Virus record (IMG/VR): IMGVR_UViG_2524614843_000001 | Coordinates: 39,279-103,278 of that record | Direction: 5' to 3' (one strand) | Length of the DNA: 64,000 bases | Origin: a virus | Taxonomy: Duplodnaviria; Heunggongvirae; Uroviricota; Caudoviricetes | Part shown: positions 47,190 through 56,190 of the stretch, in pieces | How the letters are laid out: every line of letters starts with the position of its first letter | Numbering within the stretch: position 1 is the stretch's first letter | Made by a program: the position numbers and the translations under genes | The notes under the pieces: generated by a model | The model's database searches: none | Seen by the model: the letters and a program-made list of their open reading frames with translations, nothing else | Told to the model about the DNA's origin: nothing

Positions 47190-48250
47190 TTTGCGGTCTC
47201 CACCAGCATGTCAGCTGCAAGACGCTGTACCGCCTCCTGCAGATCAGGTTTCACAGTCTTGGTCACGTAGTCGCCAATGGTCGCTTCAAGCGTGGCGCCA
47301 GTTTTGACGGTCGCTCCAGTGCGCGAGACTGCGGCGGACTTCTTGATCGGATGCACGACAACGCCAGCGGCACCGGAATCCATCAGAAAACGCCGGATTT
47401 CCTGCACTTCGGCGTCGTTCTCGAACTCGGCTTTCACGCGGACATAGTTGCCATCGACCACCAGTGGGACTTCCTCTTCGGATAGGGATACGTCCAAATC
47501 CATGAATGAAGGGGCGTTGCTTGCGCGGTAGGTAACACCGCTATCGGAGACCAGCAGAAAGCCGGCCGATGAGCCTACGTCGCTCCAGCTGTGATGCGTC
47601 AGCGCGCCCACCGAGATCACATTCCCCTCGAAGCGTTTGTGATGGTGGTAGTGGCCCGAGAACACGTACCGGAAGCCAAGCTCGGCAAGGAATTCAGGGG
47701 TGACGCCGTGATCGGGTAGCCCTTTGATTACGCCGTCGATAGGCGCGTGAATGAACAGATCGCAGTCTGGTGCAGCGTGCTTGTCAGCCAGCTCGATGAG
47801 CTTTTCTTTCAGCTCTGCAACCGACTCAAACCAGGGAATCATGACGCACTTATGGTCGCCAAAGTCATAGAAGCCTGACTCGCTGGCGATGATCACGCCA
47901 GGCATACGCAGCGCTTCGACTGCAGACCCGAGCCGGATGGCTGTCTTGAACTCCAGATCATGATTGCCAGGCAGGATGACGATTTCCATGCCGTTGCCAG
48001 CTGTCTCGTGCTCGACCGCATCACGTACCGGATTAAGTACCGATGGAGCAATCTGGCCGCGAACGTGGAACACATCGCCGGTCACATAGACGCGATTGCC
48101 ACCAATCTCGCGCAGCTCCGTGCAAAGACGGTGAAATTCTTCGATTTGATTGTGCAGTCGGCTGTTGATGCCATGCTCGTTGACCGACGAGAATGCCGAC
48201 CAGTTGTGCATGTGCATGTCAGAGCCGATGCCAAATGGCTTGAAACTCAC
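47186..48250 (-). CDS. sbcD: SbcD/Mre11-like nuclease
   Basis: Calcineurin-like phosphoesterase motifs GSDMHMH, GDVFH, GNHD. Confidence 0.8.
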   Translation of the reverse strand: MSFKPFGIGSDMHMHNWSAFSSVNEHGINSRLHNQIEEFHRLCTELREIGGNRVYVTGDVFHVRGQIAPSVLNPVRDAVEHETAGNGMEIVILPGNHDLEFKTAIRLGSAVEALRMPGVIIASESGFYDFGDHKCVMIPWFESVAELKEKLIELADKHAAPDCDLFIHAPIDGVIKGLPDHGVTPEFLAELGFRYVFSGHYHHHKRFEGNVISVGALTHHSWSDVGSSAGFLLVSDSGVTYRASNAPSFMDLDVSLSEEEVPLVVDGNYVRVKAEFENDAEVQEIRRFLMDSGAAGVVVHPIKKSAAVSRTGATVKTGATLEATIGDYVTKTVKPDLQEAVQRLAADMLVETAK

Positions 48251-48252
48251 AA

Positions 48253-48672
48253 TTAGCTCTCCTTGTTACGGGTTTCGGTTTGTGCGTAGAAGATATGTCG
48301 CCCAATGCGGGCGGTGGGTCTGAATGCGTGGCGCCATTCAGGGCTGACATACGTTGCGTGGTAGAAGCGAGCTCCACCCGTCACGTCCAGCATGTACGGA
48401 GCTAATGAAGCAACGAGTTTCGCGGTCATCCAAGCTTCTTTTTCTCGGGGGATTGGGGCGAAGAAGGCATCGCCGGAAGCGTGCTTGATTACCCCTGTCG
48501 TCCACGAAAACTGATTGGGGCGCTTCACTTCTTGGCATACAGAAGTGCCGTTGTCGCGCGCCCGATTGAGGGTAACTTGGGCAACTGCCAGCTGGCCTGC
48601 AAACGGCTCGCTGCGCGCCTCGTTGTAGACGTTCAGCGCAAGACACATGGCTAAGGTTTTTGCGATGATCAT
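48253..48672 (-). CDS. SleB-like cell-wall hydrolase (Hydrolase_2 family), candidate endolysin
   Basis: NEARSEPFAGQLAVAQVTLNRA matches SleB catalytic region. Confidence 0.65.
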   Translation of the reverse strand: MIIAKTLAMCLALNVYNEARSEPFAGQLAVAQVTLNRARDNGTSVCQEVKRPNQFSWTTGVIKHASGDAFFAPIPREKEAWMTAKLVASLAPYMLDVTGGARFYHATYVSPEWRHAFRPTARIGRHIFYAQTETRNKES

Positions 48673-48678
48673 TAGTCA

Positions 48679-48698
48679 GTCAGTCCTGAGTTAATAAC
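48679..48698 (-). promoter_or_regulatory. Degenerate class-A motif copy (GTCAgtccTGAgTTAATAAC), 7 nt upstream of hydrolase ATG
   Basis: 17/20 identical to copy at 37441. Confidence 0.35.
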
Positions 48699-48758
48699 GG
48701 AGTCAGTATCACGCTCAATGACAGGGGTGTTACTGACTCCGGAAGGGCTACCAGACGG

Positions 48759-48926
48759 TTAAGAAATGCCGAAAATCAGGCGTAGCGCGCTGGGCGCAAA
48801 GTGCTGCTCATAGAGCCAGCTGAAAACATCCACCATCAGGTAGGTGTAAAAGCCAATCCATAGACCGACCCAAGCCGTACTCGGCAAACGGCCATATTGG
48901 CGCTCAAGCTTGCTTTGCAGTTTCAT
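48759..48926 (-). CDS. Small membrane protein (1 TM)
   Basis: Start at MKLQSK with GGAGG RBS. Confidence 0.4.
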   Translation of the reverse strand: MKLQSKLERQYGRLPSTAWVGLWIGFYTYLMVDVFSWLYEQHFAPSALRLIFGIS

Positions 48927-49515
48927 GGATACCTGCCTCCAGAGTGGCGCGCTCAGCTTGGAGATTCCGCTCGATGGCGGCTTCACTGGTAAACCGGTCT
49001 GGATAGCGCTGTTTGAGCTTGTTAATTACGGTAGTGCGAATTTGCTCTTCACTCAGGCCGGTGGCATCGTGGAAGATGGCCTTGTACCAATCAATGTCGC
49101 CGATCTCTTCGGCCACATTCACCACATCAAGGGACTGCTTGCGCTCAACAACGCCAAGCACTGCATCGGCCAGCTCTCCGGCCTCCGTTGCAATCCCGAT
49201 CATGGCGTGGAACACACGCGGGTCGATGTTGATCTTCGCTTTGCGCTCAATCTGACCCTCACGATCAATGCCGTGCTCTTCTCCATCGATGACTTTCTCC
49301 GCATACATCAGATGGCCCCAGGCATCGTTCAGCTTGATGGCTAAATCGCCCGATTTCACCGGCTTACCGTAGTAGATGTTCTTCTTGATGGCGTCGAGCA
49401 GCTCAGCGCCGGCAGAGAACAAGGTTAGTGCGGCAATCAGCAGCTCCTCATTGGTGGCGGGCAAGCCCTCCAGTCGAGATTCGGTACGTACCGCATCGGT
49501 AATGAAGCTATTCAT
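48904..49515 (-). CDS. mazG: MazG-like nucleoside triphosphate pyrophosphohydrolase
   Basis: EEIGDIDWY and E.GELADA motifs. Confidence 0.7.
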   Translation of the reverse strand: MNSFITDAVRTESRLEGLPATNEELLIAALTLFSAGAELLDAIKKNIYYGKPVKSGDLAIKLNDAWGHLMYAEKVIDGEEHGIDREGQIERKAKINIDPRVFHAMIGIATEAGELADAVLGVVERKQSLDVVNVAEEIGDIDWYKAIFHDATGLSEEQIRTTVINKLKQRYPDRFTSEAAIERNLQAERATLEAGIHETAKQA

Positions 49516-49610
49516 GTGAGGCTCCTAAGTTGGTTGAGTAAGAAGTCCCAATCAAGGGAGAAGAAGAGGGCGAGCCCCAGCCCGCCCATAACTTTGAAGA
49601 GGGCGCACAT

Positions 49611-49913
49611 TTAGAAACGCGCCTTGATCAGCTTGATCTCGGTAGCAATGCGCTCAAAAGGATGAATGTCATCGGTGGCGCGATCGATCGCCTGCCAGAT
49701 CTCCACGATGACAACGGCGCCAATCAGCAGGACTGCGCTGGCCCATTCTGTTTTCAGCCAATCATTGAGGAAGGTGAGGTGTAGACCGGTACCGAGTGCC
49801 GAGACCAGTACATAGAGGGCGATGGTCGTGGCCAGCGCCGGCAAAATGCTGAACAGAATCAGTACCACTGAGATCAGCAGTAAACGGCCAATTTCGACTA
49901 AATGTGATTTCAT
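49611..49913 (-). CDS. Membrane protein, 3 TM (holin candidate)
   Basis: 100 aa hydrophobic; adjacent to lysozyme gene. Confidence 0.4.
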   Translation of the reverse strand: MKSHLVEIGRLLLISVVLILFSILPALATTIALYVLVSALGTGLHLTFLNDWLKTEWASAVLLIGAVVIVEIWQAIDRATDDIHPFERIATEIKLIKARF

Positions 49914-49930
49914 GGTTCTCTCCTTTGCTA

Positions 49931-49949
49931 ATTCACCACTTACTTACTT
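49931..49949 (-). promoter_or_regulatory. Degenerate class-A motif copy (TTCAccacTTACTTACTTA)
   Basis: Between lysozyme stop and membrane protein start. Confidence 0.4.
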
Positions 49950-50436
49950 AAACGGGCAATAAAAATAGCTGACGCTCGGCGGTACGACGGCGCACCAGTC
50001 CAGGCTGACGCTTACCCATTGCAAAAACCCACTTGTTAAACTCCTCCGCGGCCTTGTAGTAGTTACCGGAATTGAGGTGACGGAGCAGGGTGCTATCGCC
50101 CAATCCTTCCGCGATGTTGTCCTGATCAATATCCGGACCCACATTGAAGGTGAAGGATACGATGGCGTCGAACTGGTTCTGATTCAGAGGAACGCGAACC
50201 AGCTTGAGTACCGCCTTCTCAATTCTCAACAAGTCCTTGTCGAAGATTTCTTCGGCTTGAGCGGCGGTTATCCCTTTCATCATCCACTCGTCGCCAGCTT
50301 CAATCTTGTGGCCCCAGCCTATCGTCCAGTATCCGGCCGGACACTTATAAGGCTTTAAGGCCACCTGATCGGATTGCTCAAATTTCTTAATGATCGCTCG
50401 GCCGCGCTGACCGGTTCTCATCGCAGTGCTTGCCAT
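49948..50436 (-). CDS. Glycoside hydrolase family 24 lysozyme (T4/lambda-type endolysin)
   Basis: Start at MASTAM with AGGAGG RBS; FEQ...YKCPAGYWTIGWGH, GL..RR..E..LF motifs. Confidence 0.75.
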   Translation of the reverse strand: MASTAMRTGQRGRAIIKKFEQSDQVALKPYKCPAGYWTIGWGHKIEAGDEWMMKGITAAQAEEIFDKDLLRIEKAVLKLVRVPLNQNQFDAIVSFTFNVGPDIDQDNIAEGLGDSTLLRHLNSGNYYKAAEEFNKWVFAMGKRQPGLVRRRTAERQLFLLPV

Positions 50437-50458
50437 TAAATCCTCCTGCTTATCTATA

Positions 50459-50478
50459 GTCACTGATGACTTACTTTA
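50459..50478 (-). promoter_or_regulatory. Class-A motif copy (GTCActgaTGACTTACTTTA)
   Basis: Upstream of lysozyme. Confidence 0.55.
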
Positions 50479-50496
50479 ACAGGGGAATAATATCAG

Positions 50497-50931
50497 CTAT
50501 GCGGCTTTTTTGGGACGTTCCGCCTTCTGCTTTGCTCGCTCGATCATGATGTTAGTCGTCACCTGCTCGATCTGGAGCGGACTCGCCTTTGTGAAGGCCT
50601 CTTCCGCAAGAACCAGTCCGCGATGGACGTTGAACACGGTGGTTTCGGTGATGGTCACGACGCGCTCCATAGCAACAGTCATATCCATGAGCCGGACTGC
50701 TTCATCGTAAGCTTTCTTTAATGCCGGAGGCACTTTTCCTTCCCGAAGCTCAGCCAGGCGCATTCCAATGCAAAGGGTGGCGTAGAGCTGACCAAGCATC
50801 GTTGCGTTCCCTGTACCGGTACTCAGGCATTCGAGAGCAATGCGTCCCTTGATGACGCGATTGACGACCTCTGCTCGGGAGAGCGTTCTTAGGTTCTCCA
50901 TTCGTTTGATGAGTGATAGGGCGTGTTTCAT
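50497..50931 (-). CDS. Hypothetical protein (144 aa)
   Basis: ORF. Confidence 0.5.
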   Translation of the reverse strand: MKHALSLIKRMENLRTLSRAEVVNRVIKGRIALECLSTGTGNATMLGQLYATLCIGMRLAELREGKVPPALKKAYDEAVRLMDMTVAMERVVTITETTVFNVHRGLVLAEEAFTKASPLQIEQVTTNIMIERAKQKAERPKKAA

Positions 50932-51292
50932 GATTTCACCAATTTAACCTTGAGCCTGGCGCGGCGGAACTCGGAGACCGGCAGCATCCGTTGCAACTGA
51001 TAGCCGGCGTGTTTTGCTCGACGATAAATCGAGGGGTCAAGCGCCTTTGCGAGCTGAGTGAGGTGCAGTTCATTCTCGGTCTTGTCCCAGACGCCAAGTA
51101 GCGTCGCGCCTTTCCGTTCTGCCTTGTAGATGAGGTCCTGATCGAAGCCCCACATGGCGTCGCCGGACCGCAGTGCTTCACTGATCGAGCTCAGACCATT
51201 GGTGTAAATGTGCGCGGTTTTCTTGTAGGAAATGAAAGCCAGGTTCTCTCCTATGAGATAGAAGGCTCCTAATTGCTTCCTTCCCTTGCGCA
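50928..51292 (-). CDS. Hypothetical protein (GTG start, AGGAGG RBS)
   Basis: Shorter than listed ORF; class-A copy at 51342-51360 upstream. Confidence 0.4.
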
Positions 51293-51341
51293 CGACTTCA
51301 ATTTTCTCCACACATACCTCCTGCAAGGGCGCAAATAATAT

Positions 51342-51360
51342 GTCAGCGCTGACTATTAAA
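51342..51360 (-). promoter_or_regulatory. Class-A motif copy (GTCAgcgcTGACTATTAAA)
   Basis: Perfect palindrome core. Confidence 0.45.
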
Positions 51361-51641
51361 CAAGCCTCTGTTTGTATTTGCTGACAGAACATATTTTATT
51401 GAAGGAAATAAGGTGTGAAACGGTAGAAACTTGATTACAAAAACAAAACGGACATGGCTGGAAAATTTGCGTCGTTTTGTAGACACCACTCGGTAAAAAT
51501 CACTTGCTCTTGCGAAAGTCCCGTAAATGGCTCAAGATGATACATATACGCTACATAAGCGCCCCCCACTGTTACTTTTACGCCTCTATGCTCGCTCGAC
51601 ACAGGACTACCCATCCGTTCATGCTTATGAGGTGACTAATT

Positions 51642-51872
51642 ATGGCCATCACAACCCTGAAAAAAATACCTCGGCAGTTTATGTACGCCGGTGTGAATCG
51701 TTCTTGCGCTTCTGATAGAATGTTCCTCGTCTCCCGAGAGGACTTTGATCGTTTGATCGGGCCAAATCACGAGCGTCTCTCCCAAGATAGAGTTAGGGAG
51801 ATCGCTACATTCATGGTTCGTAAGATCAATAGTCGCGGCAAAATAAATGGAAGAATCAAAAAAGTCGGTTAG
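51642..51872 (+). CDS. DUF1778/TacA-like antitoxin (short; C-terminal toxin-binding region conserved)
   Basis: 76 aa; DRMFLVSREDFDRLIGPN resembles DUF1778 C-terminal segment; GAGGTGA RBS. Confidence 0.45.
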   Translation: MAITTLKKIPRQFMYAGVNRSCASDRMFLVSREDFDRLIGPNHERLSQDRVREIATFMVRKINSRGKINGRIKKVG

Positions 51873-52521
51873 TGAAGAACCAAACTTTGATGCCGACGAG
51901 ATCGGCCCATTGAAGCCTGAACATGATTGTTCGGGCTTCGTTGTTTCTGCGCCCGCAGACGCGAGCGGCGACGAGCAGATTCGCTTTGCCGATCTGCAAA
52001 ACTACCTAACCTCCGGTCAGGCACTCGCAGAGCACACTGCAGGCTATACCAAAGTCACCGTCGTCTACAACGGTAAAACGCAAGAAGTTCACGGCTACTA
52101 TACCTGCAACGTCACTACGCTCAACGTGATGGATAGCCGTAGCACCGTATGCCCCGGCGCAACCGATCACTTCGACGTTCAAGTGCCGACTTACGGAGTG
52201 CCGGCGCTCATGCTTAGCAGGCTTGCCGTTCGCTCGGATGTGCAAGGTTTCGGCTATGGTAGTGAGATGATGCAAGACCTCTTCCAGCATTTTGAAGAGG
52301 TCGCACAAGTGACGCCATTGACCGGCATTGCTCTGGACTATCTCGACGCCAAAGCCATGAGTTTTTATGGCAAATTCGGCTTCTCGGCATTCAACAACAA
52401 GAACACCAAGCACCGCATGTTCCTTTCGAGAGCAGACGTGATCGCGCTGAATGCCACCGTTGTCGATGAAATCGCCGATGCCGAAGAGGCGCTCGACGAA
52501 GCGACGGACAAGACTAGCTGA
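51847..52521 (+). CDS. GNAT-family toxin (TacT/KacT-like aminoacyl-tRNA acetyltransferase)
   Basis: 224 aa; PLKPEHD.SGF.....GYYTCNVTTL and ALMLSRLAVRSDVQGFGYGSEMM follow the TacT pattern. Confidence 0.6.
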   Translation: MEESKKSVSEEPNFDADEIGPLKPEHDCSGFVVSAPADASGDEQIRFADLQNYLTSGQALAEHTAGYTKVTVVYNGKTQEVHGYYTCNVTTLNVMDSRSTVCPGATDHFDVQVPTYGVPALMLSRLAVRSDVQGFGYGSEMMQDLFQHFEEVAQVTPLTGIALDYLDAKAMSFYGKFGFSAFNNKNTKHRMFLSRADVIALNATVVDEIADAEEALDEATDKTS

Positions 52522-53026
52522 CCCGCTTCATGTAGATGGCCGTGGCGTATTTGTTCTGCATCGCCAGGTTGCCGTAGCAGTTCCGCAGGACGCGCCAGAT
52601 CGCCTTGCCTGGCTCGTCTACTTCCTTGCCGAGCAGGGTGTGATTGTCAGCGCCAAAGTTGTCACACACATCCTGCAGCTCGCCGGCATAGACCGCATCC
52701 ACCTCGCCATACCCGAAGATCTGACCGGTCTTTGTGCTGACCAGACCAACCCGAGTACCGATCTTCACACGTTCCGCCCAGGCTTTCCCCACTCGAATCG
52801 TATTAAAGCGCGCCGTCATACCGGCATCTGACTGGAAGGCAATGACAGGCAGGAAGTCGCTACATTCCGTGATGCGCTGTGCGCTGGAGTACGGAGCAAG
52901 CACGGCACGCTCGCACGCCAGCTGATTGCCGCAGTGCGCGCAAAGTGACTTGTCCGCTTGCTTGGAAGTCGTGATGTAGCCGGCAGGAGTGAGCCGGACG
53001 TACCGATAGTTGGTGTCCAAAGTCAT
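52514..53026 (-). CDS. Hypothetical protein (PUA/ASCH-like?)
   Basis: Start at MTLDTNYRY; CxxC pair; convergent 8-nt overlap with GNAT toxin gene. Confidence 0.4.
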   Translation of the reverse strand: MTLDTNYRYVRLTPAGYITTSKQADKSLCAHCGNQLACERAVLAPYSSAQRITECSDFLPVIAFQSDAGMTARFNTIRVGKAWAERVKIGTRVGLVSTKTGQIFGYGEVDAVYAGELQDVCDNFGADNHTLLGKEVDEPGKAIWRVLRNCYGNLAMQNKYATAIYMKRVS

Positions 53027-53087
53027 GAGGTTCGGGTTCCTGTTCTTGTTTTGCTGGAATCCTAGCGCCCCTTGCTTTGGATAGCAA

Positions 53088-53108
53088 GAAAGATAGATAG
53101 ATAGAAAG
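53088..53108. repeat. Class-B motif copy AGAAAGATAGATAGATAGAAAG
   Basis: GATA-repeat family. Confidence 0.6.
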
Positions 53109-53114
53109 ACAGAG

Positions 53115-53141
53115 CAACAGAAAACCCCGCGCAGGGCGGGG
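53115..53141 (-). terminator. Terminator after recA-like gene (CCCCGC-gcagg-GCGGGG + TTTTCTGTT on minus)
   Basis: Hairpin plus T-rich tail. Confidence 0.6.
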
Positions 53142-53154
53142 TTCTTGGTTAGGC

Positions 53155-54150
53155 TTAGAGCATGGCGAAGAGCAGTTCTTCCTGCTTTTCTTCCTCGATG
53201 GTCTTGATCGCCTGGTTGAAGGTCAGCATCTTGCCTTGCCAGTTGATGCGCTTCTTGTCGGCACTGATTTCCAGCTTGCCCAGCGACTTGAGGTGTTCCA
53301 GCGTGGAGCCGATGGTGTCGAAGTAGGCGAGGCCATTGTCTGCGAACTTCAAATCCCAATCGACGGTCTGGAACGGACGAGTCACCCTGTTTTTCACGGT
53401 CTTGGCACTGATCGTCTGCCCAAGGAAAGTCTTGGTCGCTTTATCTACCAGCTTCGTGCGAGAGATCGAGAGCCGTACTGTCGCGTAGAACTCCATCGCT
53501 TGACCGCCTGGCGTGGTAGAAGCATCGCCGTAGAGAACACCTGGCTTCAATCTAATTTGATTAAGGTACAGGACGGTCAGCTTGAGCTTAGCCACCGTCT
53601 TTTCGATGGATTGCATGGTCTGTGAGATTGCTCGCGCCTGCGCCGTGTAGTCGTTCATCGTGTACTCGGTCAGCTTCTTGTCCATCTTCGACTGCGGCAT
53701 CATAGCTGCAATTGAATCGAACACCAGTACGATCGGTGGCTCGAAGCCCACAATTGAGCGCATCTTGTCCGCAATCTCGAACGCCTCATCGTGCGAGGAC
53801 TCCCACGTTTCCGGCTGCAGATAGGTCAGCAGCGGCGAATCTGTGTTTACCCCGAGCGAACGGGCGTGATTGAGGTTGAAGCTGCGCTCATGGTCCATGA
53901 ACATTGCCAAGCCGTCATTCTGCTGCGCGGCCTTCATGACTGCGGTTGCAATTGTGGTCTTGCCGCATGAGCTCGGGCCAAAGATTTCGACGATCTGGCC
54001 TTCTGGAACGCCGCCATTGTGATAGTCGCCGGACATGATGAAGTTCAGCGGCTTGAAGCCGGTGTCCAGATAGCGCCGGATTTCCAGCTGATCTTGGTTT
54101 TTTGAGACGCCCTTGAGAGCGCCTTCCAGTGCTTTGAGATCGAGAGGCAT
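53155..54150 (-). CDS. RecA/UvsX-family recombinase
   Basis: Walker A EIFGPSSCGKTT, RecA core. Confidence 0.8.
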   Translation of the reverse strand: MPLDLKALEGALKGVSKNQDQLEIRRYLDTGFKPLNFIMSGDYHNGGVPEGQIVEIFGPSSCGKTTIATAVMKAAQQNDGLAMFMDHERSFNLNHARSLGVNTDSPLLTYLQPETWESSHDEAFEIADKMRSIVGFEPPIVLVFDSIAAMMPQSKMDKKLTEYTMNDYTAQARAISQTMQSIEKTVAKLKLTVLYLNQIRLKPGVLYGDASTTPGGQAMEFYATVRLSISRTKLVDKATKTFLGQTISAKTVKNRVTRPFQTVDWDLKFADNGLAYFDTIGSTLEHLKSLGKLEISADKKRINWQGKMLTFNQAIKTIEEEKQEELLFAML

Positions 54151-54160
54151 GGTGAACTCC

Positions 54161-55075
54161 TTAGACCGCGCTCAGGCGGGCAAATGGCTGGGTGTACTCA
54201 GCCAGCTTGGAAAGAATGGACATGAAGAGGTGGTCTTGGCAGAAGCGCGCAAACTGGTCGTAGTCGTATGCGCCCTGCGTTGTAACGCGCTCGGCAAGCA
54301 GCTCGCGCGGGTACTTGCGCAAATCCATCAGCTTGAGGTTGCGGAAGTAGTCGGCGCGGTTATCCATGAGTGCCTGCAGACGCTTGCCAGGCTTCTTGAT
54401 CTCGCCGGCATCCAGTGCAGACAGCAGCGCATCGACCGAGCCGTATTCAGCAAGCAGCTTCGAGGCGGTACCGGCACCAATGCCTTCGATGCCCTCGATG
54501 TTGTCGGAGGTATCGCCGACCAGTGCCTTACCCTGCAGGAACGCGGCGGGTGACTCGTAACCGGTGAAGTCGAGGAAGTTGGTCAGGTTGCAGTGACGGT
54601 CACGGATTGGGTCGAACCATTCGACCTGTTCGCCAACCAGCTGCAGCCAGTCCTTGTCGGCACTGACCAACTGAACGTGCATACCGCGCGCAACAGCGCT
54701 CTCGGTGAGCAGTCCGGCCAGGTCGTCGGCCTCGCCATGCAGCGGCTTGATCTGGTAGACGCCCAAGTGCTGAACAACCTCTTGGATGCGCGGCAGCTGG
54801 AGCTTGAAGTCAGCCTCGTCCTTCTCCTTCTCGGGGGTCGAGTCCTTGTCGCGGTTCGCCTTGTAAAGCGGGTATTCGTCGTAGCGCCATTGCGCACGGC
54901 CGTCCCACAGAATCATTGGCTTCGAGTGCGGAAAGCGACTTACCGCCGTCGAGAGCATCTGCAGGAAGTGATAAATTGCCTGCGTCGGAAAGCCCCCGAC
55001 ACTTAATGGCGTACCGGCGTGATGTGATGCGCGGGCAAGGTTATTGCCATCAATAAACATCATGCTTTTCATCAT
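54161..55075 (-). CDS. 5'-3' exonuclease / flap endonuclease (PIN + H3TH)
   Basis: FIDGNNLA, HGEADD, GDTSDNIEGIEGIG. Confidence 0.85.
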   Translation of the reverse strand: MMKSMMFIDGNNLARASHHAGTPLSVGGFPTQAIYHFLQMLSTAVSRFPHSKPMILWDGRAQWRYDEYPLYKANRDKDSTPEKEKDEADFKLQLPRIQEVVQHLGVYQIKPLHGEADDLAGLLTESAVARGMHVQLVSADKDWLQLVGEQVEWFDPIRDRHCNLTNFLDFTGYESPAAFLQGKALVGDTSDNIEGIEGIGAGTASKLLAEYGSVDALLSALDAGEIKKPGKRLQALMDNRADYFRNLKLMDLRKYPRELLAERVTTQGAYDYDQFARFCQDHLFMSILSKLAEYTQPFARLSAV

Positions 55076-55097
55076 GGGAAAATCCTCTTGAGAGAAA

Positions 55098-55120
55098 AGT
55101 GCCGGCGCTTGGCCGGCACT
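55098..55120 (-). other. Perfect hairpin GTGCCGGC-caagc-GCCGGCAC + TTTTCTCT between class-A motif and RBS
   Basis: Either a terminator or a 5'-terminal mRNA stem-loop. Confidence 0.5.
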
Positions 55121-55122
55121 AT

Positions 55123-55146
55123 GTCACCTATGACTTACTTACTTAA
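55123..55146 (-). promoter_or_regulatory. Class-A motif copy, extended (GTCAcctaTGACTTACTTACTTAA); supplies TAA stop of SSB gene
   Basis: Best consensus match. Confidence 0.6.
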
Positions 55147-56096
55147 CCCAAAGCAGCAAGCAGGGCATCCACATCCTCATCAGAAGGAATGGCAGTTGCA
55201 GCTGGAGCTGCGGTAGCCGTTACAGCTGGAGTCGGAGTTGCCGCTGGTGCGGTCTCTACCGCAGCGGGTGCGGGTGGAGTCGCTTCAATCTCTTTCGTAC
55301 CGCCGTCTTGAAACGCCGCCTCAAGCGCTGCCAGCTCTGCGTCTTGCTCAGCATCGAGCGCATCGTTGTGCGCCAGCAGACCCGCGTTGCTAGTGCCACC
55401 CAAGCGAGCAATGCCGCCTGTTGCGCCGCCAGTGATCTGCGACAGCAGCATCATCGATTTGCTGCGGCCTTGATCGTTGGCGCCTTCCAGCTTCACCCAT
55501 TCGTCGATATTGACGACCTTCTGCATCAACTCAGCCGGCAGGGGTTTGGCAGGTACCGGAATCACCACAGCGCGATACTCGGTATTCTTGCCGGTACCCG
55601 ACTTCTCGATCTCAATCTCGAAGCCTTTATCCAGAGAGGCCAGGTCGAGCCCGTTCTCAATGTAGGTAATCATGGTCGGCAGAATGTCGTTCTCGAAGAG
55701 ACCCTTCGGCAGCTCAAACAGCTTCGGACGACGCTCACTTTCCGGTGCGTCCACCTGAATCATGTTCATCAGGACGCGACCACTGGAACGAGCTTCCTCC
55801 AGCAGCTTTTTGGTATCTTCATTGCCCGCAGCTGCAAATAGGCCAGCTGCGATTGCCTCGCAGACCTCGCAGTGCTCGCCGTAAGTCTTGGCACGGCACA
55901 GATAAGCACCGGTTTGGCCAGCGTGCTTAACGTAGTGCATACCAAAATCGTGGAAGTTCACGTCAGTCGAATCAGGACGCCAAGTAGGCAAGATGCGATA
56001 CTTGTGTTTGCCATCGGCCAGCTTTGCGGTTTTGTCGCGCTTGCTCGCGTCGGCTTGTTGTTTGCGTTGTTGCAGTTTTTCCAGAAGTGATGCCAT
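55143..56096 (-). CDS. gp32-like single-stranded DNA-binding protein with acidic C-terminal tail
   Basis: Zn-binding pattern H..(x)..C...C..C (HYVKH...YLCRAKTYGEHCEVCEA), A/P/T-rich linker, acidic end DEDVDALLAALG. Confidence 0.6.
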   Translation of the reverse strand: MASLLEKLQQRKQQADASKRDKTAKLADGKHKYRILPTWRPDSTDVNFHDFGMHYVKHAGQTGAYLCRAKTYGEHCEVCEAIAAGLFAAAGNEDTKKLLEEARSSGRVLMNMIQVDAPESERRPKLFELPKGLFENDILPTMITYIENGLDLASLDKGFEIEIEKSGTGKNTEYRAVVIPVPAKPLPAELMQKVVNIDEWVKLEGANDQGRSKSMMLLSQITGGATGGIARLGGTSNAGLLAHNDALDAEQDAELAALEAAFQDGGTKEIEATPPAPAAVETAPAATPTPAVTATAAPAATAIPSDEDVDALLAALG

Positions 56097-56171
56097 TTTC
56101 AGATTCTCCGATTTAAAAAGTGCGCTATGCGCAAAGGTTTAAAAGTGTGATTGCTCACGTTTAAATTATAA

Positions 56172-56190
56172 GTCACCTGTTACTTATTTT
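56172..56190 (-). promoter_or_regulatory. Class-A motif copy (GTCAcctgTtACTTATTTT); minus strand continues TGACTTATAAT (TATAAT)
   Basis: Motif match. Confidence 0.5.

Noticed and set aside
55098-55120. Hairpin + U-run directly after a class-A motif called as terminator
   Set aside because: A terminator immediately after a putative promoter and before the RBS is more plausibly a 5'-terminal stabilising stem-loop. It is kept as 'other' rather than terminator.
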